33,543 bases of DNA from Candidatus Methanofastidiosia archaeon. Lineage in GTDB: Archaea; Methanobacteriota_B; Thermococci; Methanofastidiosales; Methanofastidiosaceae. A program made the translations under genes and the position numbers. The first letter of the stretch is position 1, and every line of letters starts with the position of its first letter. The notes under the pieces are model-generated. The model had not been told where the DNA came from, ran no database searches, and saw only the letters and a list, made by a program, of their open reading frames with translations. Shown here one piece after another: positions 1 through 8,985 of this stretch. The DNA is taken from positions 1 to 33,543 of the forward strand of contig PWMA01000123.1 in the NCBI GenBank assembly GCA_003558335.1, in the 5' to 3' direction.

Positions 1-137
1 TAACAGATCAGCGATAAAGGATATCTCAACATAGTCACAAATTTCAATCCTATAATAGTCTTATTCTAACTCACCTGTGGGTAAACGGGATTCACGATCA
101 TACCAAAATTTCAATCCTATAATAGTCTTATTCTAAC
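1..137 (-). CRISPR. Leader-proximal end of a CRISPR array, truncated by the window start. Repeat GTTAGAATAAGACTATTATAGGATTGAAAT (30 bp, minus strand)
   Basis: Identical 30-mers atttcaatcctataatagtcttattctaac at 41-70 and 108-137, plus a partial copy (taac) at 1-4. Spacers are 36 bp (5-40) and 37 bp (71-107). The repeat ends in ATTGAAAT on the minus strand, typical of Cas6-processed type I-B repeats, and lies next to cas2. Confidence 0.96.
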
Positions 138-244
138 AGGCCGAAAAATGGCCCTTTTTTATTTATTTAAGCTCAATAGGTCTTCTATTTTATAAAACTT
201 ATCTTGGATGTTAAATCAAGTGTATCATATATAAAGAACGACGA
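138..244 (-). promoter_or_regulatory. CRISPR leader with TATA-like elements
   Basis: AT-rich non-coding stretch between the cas2 stop and the first repeat. The minus strand has TTTATATAT (about 227-235) and TTTTATAAAA (188-197). Confidence 0.75.
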
Positions 245-508
245 CTAAAGAATATTTGATGTGTCTGATTTATCAATTCCAATAGTTTCCCTTAATAAGA
301 ACTTATCACTTTTAGATATATAGATAATGACATTATCTTTCTCCTTTTTTATAATGGAATTTAGGCCATTTTTTAATTCACGAAGCTTTGAATCGGTAAT
401 CTCTCCCTCAAATACAGAGTTTTGAACCCAGTTTAGGTGCTGTCTTAAATAGCTCTTTACCTTATTTACTCTTTCAACAGATACATCATAAACAATTATA
501 ACGTACAT
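245..508 (-). CDS. cas2: CRISPR-associated endoribonuclease Cas2
   Basis: MYVIIVYDV...LNWVQNSVFEG motif. The ATG at 508 overlaps the cas1 stop (TAATG), so it is preferred over the track start at 517. Confidence 0.96.
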   Translation of the reverse strand: MYVIIVYDVSVERVNKVKSYLRQHLNWVQNSVFEGEITDSKLRELKNGLNSIIKKEKDNVIIYISKSDKFLLRETIGIDKSDTSNIL

Positions 509-1482
509 TACCACCAAATCCTAAAAGCTTCGTAGTCCTTTATTCCACTAACATGTTTTATCAATTTATAACATTCTAATCTCATTATATGTTTATAAGA
601 AACTTTCCTACCTAATGTACGATGTTTAATCGTTTTATCTAGACGTTCATTGTAATGCTTTAAAAATAATCTTTTGCCAGGGTCACTGAGGAGACAATAA
701 TTTAAATCTCTATCAAACTCATTTTCAGAAATTATTTTTTTGTTTAAGAGTTTGAATATAACTCGATCGCCAATAAAAGGCTTAAATATTTCACTTAGAT
801 CTAAACTCAAGGAAAATCTTCTTTTAAATGGTTCATGTAGATAAGAAATAGTTGGATTTAATTGAGTATTGTATATCTCCGTTAATATAGTTGCATATAT
901 CAGAGAATTAGAAAAAGAAATTAATGCATTCAACATATTTTTAGGAGGTCTTCTAGATCTTCTGCCAAATTTATATTTTTCCGGAAGTATTTTATCAAAC
1001 GACTGGTAGTAAATATTTCTTATGTTGCCTTCTATACTCATTAATTCACTTATAGAGTTAACACCTTCAATTTTTTCTCCCCAGGATTTTATAGAGTCTA
1101 CTTCTTCAACAAGTTTGTAATATGATAGGTTCTTACTTATGTTAGATATTCCGCCTCTGAGTATCTCTTTTGCAAGAATCATTCTTTTTTCTTTGTCCAA
1201 ATAGTGCTCTGCCTGTCTAACTATTGTCTCACCTGATAAAAGAGATTCTCTTGGATAATAAGTTCCTTCATAATAACCATAATAGTTAAAAAAATGCATG
1301 GGGATTCCTTTCTTCGATAAATATGAAACAACGCCTGAGGTAAAAGTAACTCTGCCGTAACAATAAATCGAAGATATGGTATTAATTGGCAAGATATGCC
1401 TATCTTTTTCAGAATAAAAATATATTGTATTCTCCTTTCGATTAAGAATACCATTTTTTATTAAATAAAAATCTTGTTTCAT
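508..1482 (-). CDS. cas1: CRISPR-associated endonuclease Cas1, type I-B
   Basis: LMSIEGNIR..YY, RRSRRPPKNMLNALISF and SYLHEP...SLSLDLSEIFKP motifs. The ATG at 1482 (MKQDFYL) follows the cas4 stop. The track start at 1566 overlaps cas4. Confidence 0.96.
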   Translation of the reverse strand: MKQDFYLIKNGILNRKENTIYFYSEKDRHILPINTISSIYCYGRVTFTSGVVSYLSKKGIPMHFFNYYGYYEGTYYPRESLLSGETIVRQAEHYLDKEKRMILAKEILRGGISNISKNLSYYKLVEEVDSIKSWGEKIEGVNSISELMSIEGNIRNIYYQSFDKILPEKYKFGRRSRRPPKNMLNALISFSNSLIYATILTEIYNTQLNPTISYLHEPFKRRFSLSLDLSEIFKPFIGDRVIFKLLNKKIISENEFDRDLNYCLLSDPGKRLFLKHYNERLDKTIKHRTLGRKVSYKHIMRLECYKLIKHVSGIKDYEAFRIWW

Positions 1483-1486
1483 TTTT

Positions 1487-1978
1487 TTACACCCAGCAAA
1501 AATCGTAATAACTACATTTTTTACAATATGGCTTTTTTTCTGGTTGAGGTATAAGCCCATTAACAATTTCTTGTATATTTTGGAATATATTTTCTAATTC
1601 TTTCTCCCTTTCTTCATTTAGTATTACTTCTTCTGTTTTTTTGATAAGGGGATAATCTAAGATGCCTTTTGCAATGATATCCATTTCTTTTAATCTATAA
1701 AGGTAGAAAAGTAGTTGGTACGTAGATGAAATTTCCATTTTTTTAGACTTCTTTACTTCATATATTACCAAATCATTTTTCTTTTTTATTAGATCGATTT
1801 TCATTCCTGGTAAATTTACTTCTTTTATATTTCTTTGATGAACTGATTCATGTATTATCTTTCCGTCTTTAACAACATCTGACGAATGTTCCATTGTTTG
1901 AAACTTGGAAAAAAGCCAAAGCTTGGTTTTACAAATAAAGTAGTAATTTATTTCTGTGCCTGTTATTATATCGATCAT
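1487..1978 (-). CDS. cas4: CRISPR-associated exonuclease Cas4
   Basis: ITGTEINYYFICKTKLW, the RecB-like KIDL...YEVKKS motif, QLLFYL, and C-terminal CxxCxxxxxC Fe-S ligands. Confidence 0.96.
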   Translation of the reverse strand: MIDIITGTEINYYFICKTKLWLFSKFQTMEHSSDVVKDGKIIHESVHQRNIKEVNLPGMKIDLIKKKNDLVIYEVKKSKKMEISSTYQLLFYLYRLKEMDIIAKGILDYPLIKKTEEVILNEEREKELENIFQNIQEIVNGLIPQPEKKPYCKKCSYYDFCWV

Positions 1979-1999
1979 ATTAAATTATAACTATTGTAA

Positions 2000-2572
2000 C
2001 TATATCATCCTTAAATCAAAATTAGAAAACTCAGATTTCAACTTGTTTGTATCGATTCCATCTTTGAATGAATAGTACTCTAAAAATTTATCAGTAGATA
2101 TAATAGCGTTAAACTTTTCATCCAGTTTTACAACTTGATTATACAACATATGATCCAATAATGATATGTCAGTTTGATAAATTTTTATATTGTTAATACC
2201 TGCTACGAATTGATTGTACAAGCTAGTTACCTTTTTCCTGATGTACTTGTCTTCAAATTTATCGGTTGAAGTAAGGACATTTTTCCATAATTCATATATA
2301 CTCTTAGTGTAGACTTTATTTTCTTGTATTATCTCATTTACTACCTCAAATTTCTTGATATTCCCGTCTTCAACAAATGATTTTAGGTAACATCTATCCT
2401 CAGTAGATAGCCATTCTAAAGGTATTTTTTCATCAATAAAAATATCAATTTGTTCTATTTCTTTTTCTATTACGTCAACCATATCGTTTACCGATTTATA
2501 ATGGAGTTGATTTATTTCAGTTATGACTGAATTGTAAGAATCAGACCCTATTTTCTTTACTTCTTTGGCCAG
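2000..2572 (-). pseudogene. cas3: In-frame C-terminal remainder of cas3 beyond a premature TAA (track ORF 2000..2482)
   Basis: After the TAA at 2575-2573 the same frame stays open (LAKEVKKIGSDSYNSVITEINQLHYKSVND) into the 160-aa ORF, which ends just before cas4. Read-through from 4651 would give about 883 aa. Confidence 0.8.
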
Positions 2573-4651
2573 TTACCCATAATAATCGTCAAATTTTTTA
2601 TATTTTAAAATCTCATGAAGCTGTACAGGAATATATTTTTTTAGAACTCTATATCTAGAACTTTTTTTTGGAGAGTATATTTTAGTAACATCATAAGTAT
2701 CGCCCTCTTTGTATTTGATTACAAACAGCTTAGAAATGCCTGATTTTTTTGTATTGCACTCCCTATTGATCCTACCAGAAATCTGCTCAAGACTCTCTAA
2801 TATAGAATAGTCTCTAACACCAAAATCACAATCTATATCCATACCTGCCTCTACAGACTGTGTTGAAACTAAGATTGTATTCACATTGGTATTTTTATCC
2901 TTAAACTCTTCAATTATTTTTTTTCTTCGTAAAGTGTGGATAGTTCCATTTAAAAGATAGAACTTAAAATTTTTAAAATAGCTGTCCTCCTTTAGATTAT
3001 CGAAAACTTTTCTTGAAGTCCTAACTGTATTAAAAGTTAGCAATATTTTGACTTTTTTATCCAAATAATTTGTATCTATCTCTTCAATAACTAGTTTTTT
3101 TATACCATCTAAGTCTTTTATGTCATATCTAAAAACTACAGAATTTCTTTCAAGAAGCGGATGATTAAAGTATTTACTTGGATCTTCACATATTTCTGGA
3201 ATTGCCACATTATCTAAAAAATAATTAAAATTGGGCAATGTTGCGCTCATAATTATATAATAGATATTCAAATTTTTACTAGTTTCATTTATAAAATCAT
3301 AAAATACCCTTAAATTCTTATCACTCAAACTTTGTATCTCATCTATTACAACAACACTGTTGCATAGATTTGCTATTTTGTATCTATTATCTCTCTTATT
3401 CTTGATAAATGAATTGAAGAAGTTCACATTGGTAATTATGTTGACGCAGTTATTCAAGAAATTGTCATTTTGAATTATCATTAAATGTTGCAGGCCTGAA
3501 ATTGAATCATTATCTGTTTTAAATTTGTCAAAATAAGCTCTTGAGTAAATATCTGAAACTTTACCAATTTTATTAGAGAACAGAGATGGATCAAAAAAAG
3601 TTTCATTGATCACCTTGCTATTCTGCTCTATTATGTTGATAAATGGAAATACGTAGAATACCCTTTTTACATTATCATCATGTTCTAAAATGTTGAGGGC
3701 CAGTTTCATCGATATGTTTGTTTTGCCCCCTCCTGTAGGTACAGCTAACATAAATATTTTATTGTTTTCATTCAACAATTTTTTTATTCGATTGTTACAT
3801 TCAATCAATATTTCGCTGCGTAAATCATTGATGTTTTTTATTTCCGAGAGAATCTTTAACCCCCTTCTACCTATATCTTTATTGTACTCTATTCTAGAAA
3901 ACGATTGTACCATTTTTTTTCTAGTTTCAGTATCTATCATATTCAAATTATAAAACTCATTCAAATTATTTGTATAATGAAAGGTAGAATATGAGTCACT
4001 CATAACAAGCAACGAATAAATTAGTTTCACAAGTAAAAATAATCTTTTCCAATCGAAATTAGGATTGTCCCAGAATTCCAACATAGTTTTTTGATCTATG
4101 GTAGCATTGCCAATATTTGTCACACTAAAAATCTTTTCAGTTATTTCTTTTTCTATTTGATCTTCTTCTTTAATTTTTCCATTAAAGTCTCCCAAGGGGC
4201 TATGGTGAAAATTTACAGCGGTAGAAAATAAATGAACTACATAATCCAATCTTGGAAACTTTTTAATCAAAAACGATGTCAGAACCTTTGAAGAATAATA
4301 ACTGTGTCTTTTATCTCCAGAAACATCAATATTTTCAACATTTGCTTTTTGAAAATTTGGATTTATTTTGCCTATGTCGTGATAATGTACAATATATGAA
4401 ATTATTTCCTTGACAGTATCTGTATTTTTATCAGTAAATATATTGGATATCATATCATCTATTATAGATTCCAATTGCAATTTTTCAATTAGATATACAA
4501 AATATTTAGAACATAAAAATGAGTGATCTTCTAAAGATTCAAGAGAGTTTTCATAAATATCTTTTTTTTTATGGGCCGACCCGTAGATTTTAGAGGGTAT
4601 CAACGAATAATCAAGTGATTCAACTATTTGTTTAAATGTCTTAAAAAACAT
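2573..4651 (-). CDS. cas3: Cas3 HD nuclease/SF2 helicase, C-terminally truncated by a nonsense codon
   Basis: HD domain motifs LEDHS, YHDIGK, RHS, HH and MSD. Helicase motifs VPTGGGKT, DEIQ, SAT, STQSVEAGMDID and QISGRINR. The ATG at 4651 overlaps the cas5 end. The track alternative is TTG at 4687. Confidence 0.93.
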   Translation of the reverse strand: MFFKTFKQIVESLDYSLIPSKIYGSAHKKKDIYENSLESLEDHSFLCSKYFVYLIEKLQLESIIDDMISNIFTDKNTDTVKEIISYIVHYHDIGKINPNFQKANVENIDVSGDKRHSYYSSKVLTSFLIKKFPRLDYVVHLFSTAVNFHHSPLGDFNGKIKEEDQIEKEITEKIFSVTNIGNATIDQKTMLEFWDNPNFDWKRLFLLVKLIYSLLVMSDSYSTFHYTNNLNEFYNLNMIDTETRKKMVQSFSRIEYNKDIGRRGLKILSEIKNINDLRSEILIECNNRIKKLLNENNKIFMLAVPTGGGKTNISMKLALNILEHDDNVKRVFYVFPFINIIEQNSKVINETFFDPSLFSNKIGKVSDIYSRAYFDKFKTDNDSISGLQHLMIIQNDNFLNNCVNIITNVNFFNSFIKNKRDNRYKIANLCNSVVVIDEIQSLSDKNLRVFYDFINETSKNLNIYYIIMSATLPNFNYFLDNVAIPEICEDPSKYFNHPLLERNSVVFRYDIKDLDGIKKLVIEEIDTNYLDKKVKILLTFNTVRTSRKVFDNLKEDSYFKNFKFYLLNGTIHTLRRKKIIEEFKDKNTNVNTILVSTQSVEAGMDIDCDFGVRDYSILESLEQISGRINRECNTKKSGISKLFVIKYKEGDTYDVTKIYSPKKSSRYRVLKKYIPVQLHEILKYKKFDDYYG

Positions 4652-5348
4652 AGTAGGCTCTATCCCCAGAAAAGATGAATTCGTCAACGTTATTAACGTT
4701 TATTTTTACCTCGTTTTCAGGTATTGCCATCAAACGGTAGGTATATTTAAAGTTTTCATCAAAACCTGAAGGAATCATCTCCAATTTAAAGTTTGTTTTA
4801 TTTTTATCTGAGATTAAATCAAATGGCATTATACTATGGCAATTTACAAAAGTTTCAGAACTTTTAGTTAAATCTTCTAAAGCTATATATTCTATATTTG
4901 CAGGGAACTCATTTTTTCCAAAGTATGGATTAAAAACAGATTTATTGTTCATTATATTTTCTATTATTTTTTTATGATTCTCGTTTTTCTCATTTAAAAC
5001 TAATCCAATCTCATAATCTGGATTCATTAATACTTGTTCCTTGACTATAACGTTTGGAGAAGGTGAATCTTTTCTGTTATTTAAAAAGCTATTTAGGCTA
5101 TTGTATGTGACAATGAATTTGCTATCTTTTTTATTTTTAGGCATTATAAAAATTTTTATATCGCTCAATTTTTCATAATATTCAGGGACTGTATCACTGC
5201 CCGAATAACCTTTAAGTCCAATTATGGCCCCAATGATACCCAGTAAGTGTGGTTTAGATATAATAGAATATGTGTTTTTAAACAGATTGCTTGAAGATTG
5301 ATTGAAGTGTGCAAAATTCCCATACAACCTAAACTTTAACAGTTTCAT
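4641..5348 (-). CDS. cas5: Cascade subunit Cas5 (I-B)
   Basis: N-terminal FRLYGNFAHF...TYSIISKPHLLGIIGAIIG and the G-rich PYFGKNEFPA loop. Sits between cas7 and cas3. Confidence 0.93.
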   Translation of the reverse strand: MKLLKFRLYGNFAHFNQSSSNLFKNTYSIISKPHLLGIIGAIIGLKGYSGSDTVPEYYEKLSDIKIFIMPKNKKDSKFIVTYNSLNSFLNNRKDSPSPNVIVKEQVLMNPDYEIGLVLNEKNENHKKIIENIMNNKSVFNPYFGKNEFPANIEYIALEDLTKSSETFVNCHSIMPFDLISDKNKTNFKLEMIPSGFDENFKYTYRLMAIPENEVKINVNNVDEFIFSGDRAYYVF

Positions 5349-5392
5349 GACATTGCCCTCACTCTTTTCTAGATGATTAAAAATGTTTAATT

Positions 5393-6238
5393 TTAATCAA
5401 CACCTCTATTAACTACCTTGCAGTAATGATTTTCTTTGATCTTTACGTCATTCTTAATTAGATTCATTACTTTAGAGTAGTCAACAATTATTTCATTGTT
5501 CTCTTCAAAGATATCCACTAATGAGTTTAGATTATTGAATATTTTGTCTTTTTTGTTTTCTAACCAAATAAAACTCACAGTTTCAACGCCGAACATAGTT
5601 GTAGAAACAACCTCGCCCACAGAGTATTTCAATGCCTCAGTTAATTTAGTGATATCTGTATCTGTTATCTTTATACCTTGTTTCTCTGCAGAGTTCATAT
5701 TCAAGCAAATATCGTAAACATAGTAAACATCGTCCGCCCTAGATTCTTCGCCTATTGTAGTTTGTTGAGCATCTTGAGTTTTTTCACTTGGATTTCTGTA
5801 AGGAGACAGTATACTTGAAACATAAATATTGGATTTTTCATACTTGTTTATTCCATAACTTATTTGACAGGGGCCTGTAAGGGATATGTTACTGTCCACT
5901 GCAAAAACTACTCCAAAAAGTCGAACGTCTATGAAATTTAAAAGATTGTCAAGTATTTCTTTTTCATCTTTGGGTAATTTATCAACTTTACATTTCTTCA
6001 AATAGTTTTCTTTTAATGTGAGATATCTTTGTTTTAAATTTCCATCTTTTTCATGAAACTCTTTATCCCTTTGGACAAAAACAGACTCTGTTTTTGAGAG
6101 ATATTCTCTAATACAGTATTTAAGGGCTTTGTCTGTTGCAAATATCTTGCCATCTGGCAATCTTCTGGGAAGCCCGTCAAAGCTAGCATTGAAATTTGCG
6201 TTCTTTGCATTTATTACTACAATTCCATTATAATTCAT
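5393..6238 (-). CDS. cas7: Cascade backbone Cas7 (Csh2/Cas7b-like)
   Basis: NFNASFDGLPR..DG.IFATDKALKY.IREY, FIDVRLFGVVF and SLTGPCQISYG motifs of the Csh2/Csd2 family. Confidence 0.93.
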   Translation of the reverse strand: MNYNGIVVINAKNANFNASFDGLPRRLPDGKIFATDKALKYCIREYLSKTESVFVQRDKEFHEKDGNLKQRYLTLKENYLKKCKVDKLPKDEKEILDNLLNFIDVRLFGVVFAVDSNISLTGPCQISYGINKYEKSNIYVSSILSPYRNPSEKTQDAQQTTIGEESRADDVYYVYDICLNMNSAEKQGIKITDTDITKLTEALKYSVGEVVSTTMFGVETVSFIWLENKKDKIFNNLNSLVDIFEENNEIIVDYSKVMNLIKNDVKIKENHYCKVVNRGVD

Positions 6239-6652
6239 TTATTCCACTTCCTTGTTTTCTTCTTCTAATATTTTTATTTCTTTTTTAGATCCGTATAAAT
6301 AATTTTTATCAAAATATCCCGTATAAAGAGGGATTTTGTTGTTCTCATAAGAGTCCAAAAATTCATAAGCCAAAACACTCTTCATAACAGTTTGAAATTT
6401 GGGATTTCTATCTATATACTCATTATATGAGTATTTTTCAAGGACGTCTAATAATCTCTTTTTTAAGTATTCCATATTATGCACATTCAAGGTATATTTT
6501 GTAAAAAGATCCAGCCTATTTTTTATTGATTCACTGTAACCTAGCAAATAACGAAACAGTTGGCCCATTAGATAGCTAGCTTCGAAATCATTTTCTATAT
6601 TTATTTTCTCTATATCTTTCAATTTTTTTTCTAATATTTTATACTTATCCAA
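6239..6652 (-). CDS. cas11: Putative internally translated small subunit Cas11 (137 aa), in frame within cas8b
   Basis: GGAGG at 6664-6660, a 7-nt spacer, then an in-frame TTG at 6652-6650 at the boundary of the C-terminal helical domain. Confidence 0.65.
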   Translation of the reverse strand: MDKYKILEKKLKDIEKINIENDFEASYLMGQLFRYLLGYSESIKNRLDLFTKYTLNVHNMEYLKKRLLDVLEKYSYNEYIDRNPKFQTVMKSVLAYEFLDSYENNKIPLYTGYFDKNYLYGSKKEIKILEEENKEVE

Positions 6653-8140
6653 ATATATTCCTCCATTTGGTTCATTGTGTAAATATTTGTAATAAACAAT
6701 TAAAAATTGTCTAATCTTGTTACTGCCAAGTTTCATTTCATCTCTTAAATTAATATTTCTAACCATTTCATATAATAATTCCGTAAACATCTTTGAATAA
6801 TTGTTATCAATAAAAAGAGAACTGTCTTGATAAAAAATATAATTTCTAATTATGAAATTGTATTCTAGAATTTTTTGTTGGATAAAAGGATGAACTTTTA
6901 TTAAATTCTTTTTATCCGTTTCAAATAGAGAAGGAGCAAGTGTATTATTGAAAAGATAGTTTAAATCTGCTAAAAAAACTGATTTATTCTTTTCATTTGT
7001 TATTGTATAACTTTGACTGGTATTTGAGTTATGAAACCTGTAGTATAATGAAATGTTTTTTATATTTGTTGGAGCATTTGGACACTCCATCTCATAATTA
7101 AAATTAGAAACATATCTAAATTCTATATTATCTAAGCTAGGGCCTGTTAAGATCATTACATAGTCAAATTCTTTAAAATTATTTTTTTCATAAAGCTTTT
7201 TTAATATCTTCAAAATTCCGGGAGGGTCGCTTGCGTAGTTTTTATAATCTTTTTGATTAAATAAATCTTGCCTGGTAGGAAAGACATAACGGTAAAATTT
7301 GTATGATTTTAAATATTCAAAGAAATAATACAGTTGCATGGAGCATTCTCTACAAATATTATAATTTTCAGAACTCTTTGACCTCAAATTAGTTTTGTAT
7401 CTTGTTGGATTTCTTAATAAGTATTTTCTTTCCTTCCCAACGTCAAAGGTATTGCCATGAGTAAGGACATATAACTGATCATTTTTTTTACAGGCATTAC
7501 ATTCTCCTACATATGAGTCATACTTTAGTATTTTATCATTTACATATTCTTTAAATAATTCTAAGTATTGGCAAATATTATCCCCATCTACTAAAAAAAC
7601 GATATAATCATTTTTATTTAAATCGTATTCTTCATTGGAAAAATCTTCAAAGAAGGATACAACATATTCTATTAGTTCTGGAAATTTTCTGTAATACTCA
7701 GTCTCTACACTGCGTTTTTTAAATTCTACAATTTTTTTAGAAGGAAATTCTATAGTTGTAACTTTTTGATTAGATTCATTTGATATTTTTTCATTGACAA
7801 AAGCATCGGTAATCTTAAAGTGAGTAGGGCTATGACTCATTAATGCATTACTACCGCCAATATTATTAGAATTGTTATGAGTAGGATTAATAAATTTTTC
7901 AGGTGTTAATAATTGCAATAGTTCTTCTCTTTTTGGATAGTTAGATAAAAAATCAATATCATCGATAGACTCTGTTATTGATTCGTAAACTAAACATACA
8001 GGTTTAATTTTCAAATATTTTTCATTATAACTGGGGGGCACAATTAGAATTTTATTATTTCTACGTTTTCCGTTTTGAGATTTATCCAGCAATACTGAAT
8101 AATCTTCTTCTGAAAATAAGTTTATAATAAAGTTATACAT
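6239..8140 (-). CDS. cas8b: Cascade large subunit Cas8b (Csh1-like, divergent)
   Basis: About 633-aa ORF between cas6 and cas7 with CxxC...CxxC (CNAC, CREC) and a helical C-terminus IENDFEASYLMGQLFRYLL. The ATG at 8140 follows GAGGTAAGGTG. The track start is GTG at 8146. Confidence 0.8.
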   Translation of the reverse strand: MYNFIINLFSEEDYSVLLDKSQNGKRRNNKILIVPPSYNEKYLKIKPVCLVYESITESIDDIDFLSNYPKREELLQLLTPEKFINPTHNNSNNIGGSNALMSHSPTHFKITDAFVNEKISNESNQKVTTIEFPSKKIVEFKKRSVETEYYRKFPELIEYVVSFFEDFSNEEYDLNKNDYIVFLVDGDNICQYLELFKEYVNDKILKYDSYVGECNACKKNDQLYVLTHGNTFDVGKERKYLLRNPTRYKTNLRSKSSENYNICRECSMQLYYFFEYLKSYKFYRYVFPTRQDLFNQKDYKNYASDPPGILKILKKLYEKNNFKEFDYVMILTGPSLDNIEFRYVSNFNYEMECPNAPTNIKNISLYYRFHNSNTSQSYTITNEKNKSVFLADLNYLFNNTLAPSLFETDKKNLIKVHPFIQQKILEYNFIIRNYIFYQDSSLFIDNNYSKMFTELLYEMVRNINLRDEMKLGSNKIRQFLIVYYKYLHNEPNGGIYLDKYKILEKKLKDIEKINIENDFEASYLMGQLFRYLLGYSESIKNRLDLFTKYTLNVHNMEYLKKRLLDVLEKYSYNEYIDRNPKFQTVMKSVLAYEFLDSYENNKIPLYTGYFDKNYLYGSKKEIKILEEENKEVE

Positions 8141-8183
8141 TTGCACCTTACCTCATCATATAAATTCCAATAAAATTCAACAT

Positions 8184-8912
8184 TCACCCGTTATCACCAT
8201 CATCAATGACTTTAACCATACCAAATCCCATAGAATTTTTTTCACCAAAACCTGCATCATATCCTAACTTTATCAGATCGGGAGTTCCATAAACATTAAA
8301 TTCGATATAGTGTGCTGTATGAAAAGTATTCTTTATTTTTCTTTTTGTACTTCTCAGTATACCTGCTATATCAAAATTCACTTTACAGTTTTCAATCTCC
8401 TTGCCATAATATAGAGAGTATTTCTTTATAAGATTTCTTTCTAGATTCTTGTAGAATTTTAAATCAGTTGGAGAAAGATCCCACGTCTTTAGTTTACCGT
8501 CCATATTTAGTTTTGTAGTAATACATATTGGGGATATTGTTCTAAATCTTATGGAATCATCGATTTCAATGTCTTTCAATAGTTCAACTGATTCTAAATT
8601 TAAGGGCACTCCAGCAATATGAAATGAAGAGTTTTGGAATAAGCCCTCGACAAAAGGAATAGAAATATCTTTTCTCGGGGATGAAAAGAAAAAGAAACAA
8701 TTGTCTTTAATCAAAAGTCCTCTTTCGCCCATAGGGATAACTCCCTTTAAATCAGAAAATGTGAATAGTTTTATGTCTTTAGAATAATGAAGATACTCAG
8801 AGATATTGCTATCTGCACTTTGTATCGATGAGTAAATGAAAGAACCAATATAATAGTTGTAATTGTAAGGTATGAAGCTTTCTTTTGCTGAAAAGGTCAG
8901 TTTAAATCTCAT
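8184..8912 (-). CDS. cas6: crRNA-processing endoribonuclease Cas6
   Basis: IPYNYNY, KLFTFS, FRTISPI and the C-terminal G-rich loop GFGEKNSMGFG. Confidence 0.96.
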   Translation of the reverse strand: MRFKLTFSAKESFIPYNYNYYIGSFIYSSIQSADSNISEYLHYSKDIKLFTFSDLKGVIPMGERGLLIKDNCFFFFSSPRKDISIPFVEGLFQNSSFHIAGVPLNLESVELLKDIEIDDSIRFRTISPICITTKLNMDGKLKTWDLSPTDLKFYKNLERNLIKKYSLYYGKEIENCKVNFDIAGILRSTKRKIKNTFHTAHYIEFNVYGTPDLIKLGYDAGFGEKNSMGFGMVKVIDDGDNG

Positions 8913-8933
8913 TCACCATTTGTAAGTTTTCCA

Positions 8934-8945
8934 CATATATAAAGA
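8934..8945 (-). promoter_or_regulatory. Probable TATA box of the cas operon (TCTTTATATATG)
   Basis: Lies 22-33 bp upstream of the cas6 ATG. The identical 12-mer occurs in the CRISPR leader at 226-237 in the same orientation. Confidence 0.55.
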
Positions 8946-8985
8946 TTTGGAAAAAAATGGCTGTGGGACATAATTATTTCAAGCT

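Noticed and set aside
139-154. Leader sequence ggccgaaaaatggccc resembles an IS end-TSD-end junction (gcc-gaaaaaaat-ggc)
   Set aside because: Only 3 bp match each TIR end and the A-run length differs, so chance is the best explanation.
2573-2575. Recoding of the cas3 stop by pyrrolysine or selenocysteine
   Set aside because: The codon is TAA. Pyl uses TAG and Sec uses TGA, and TAA is a normal stop throughout the window.
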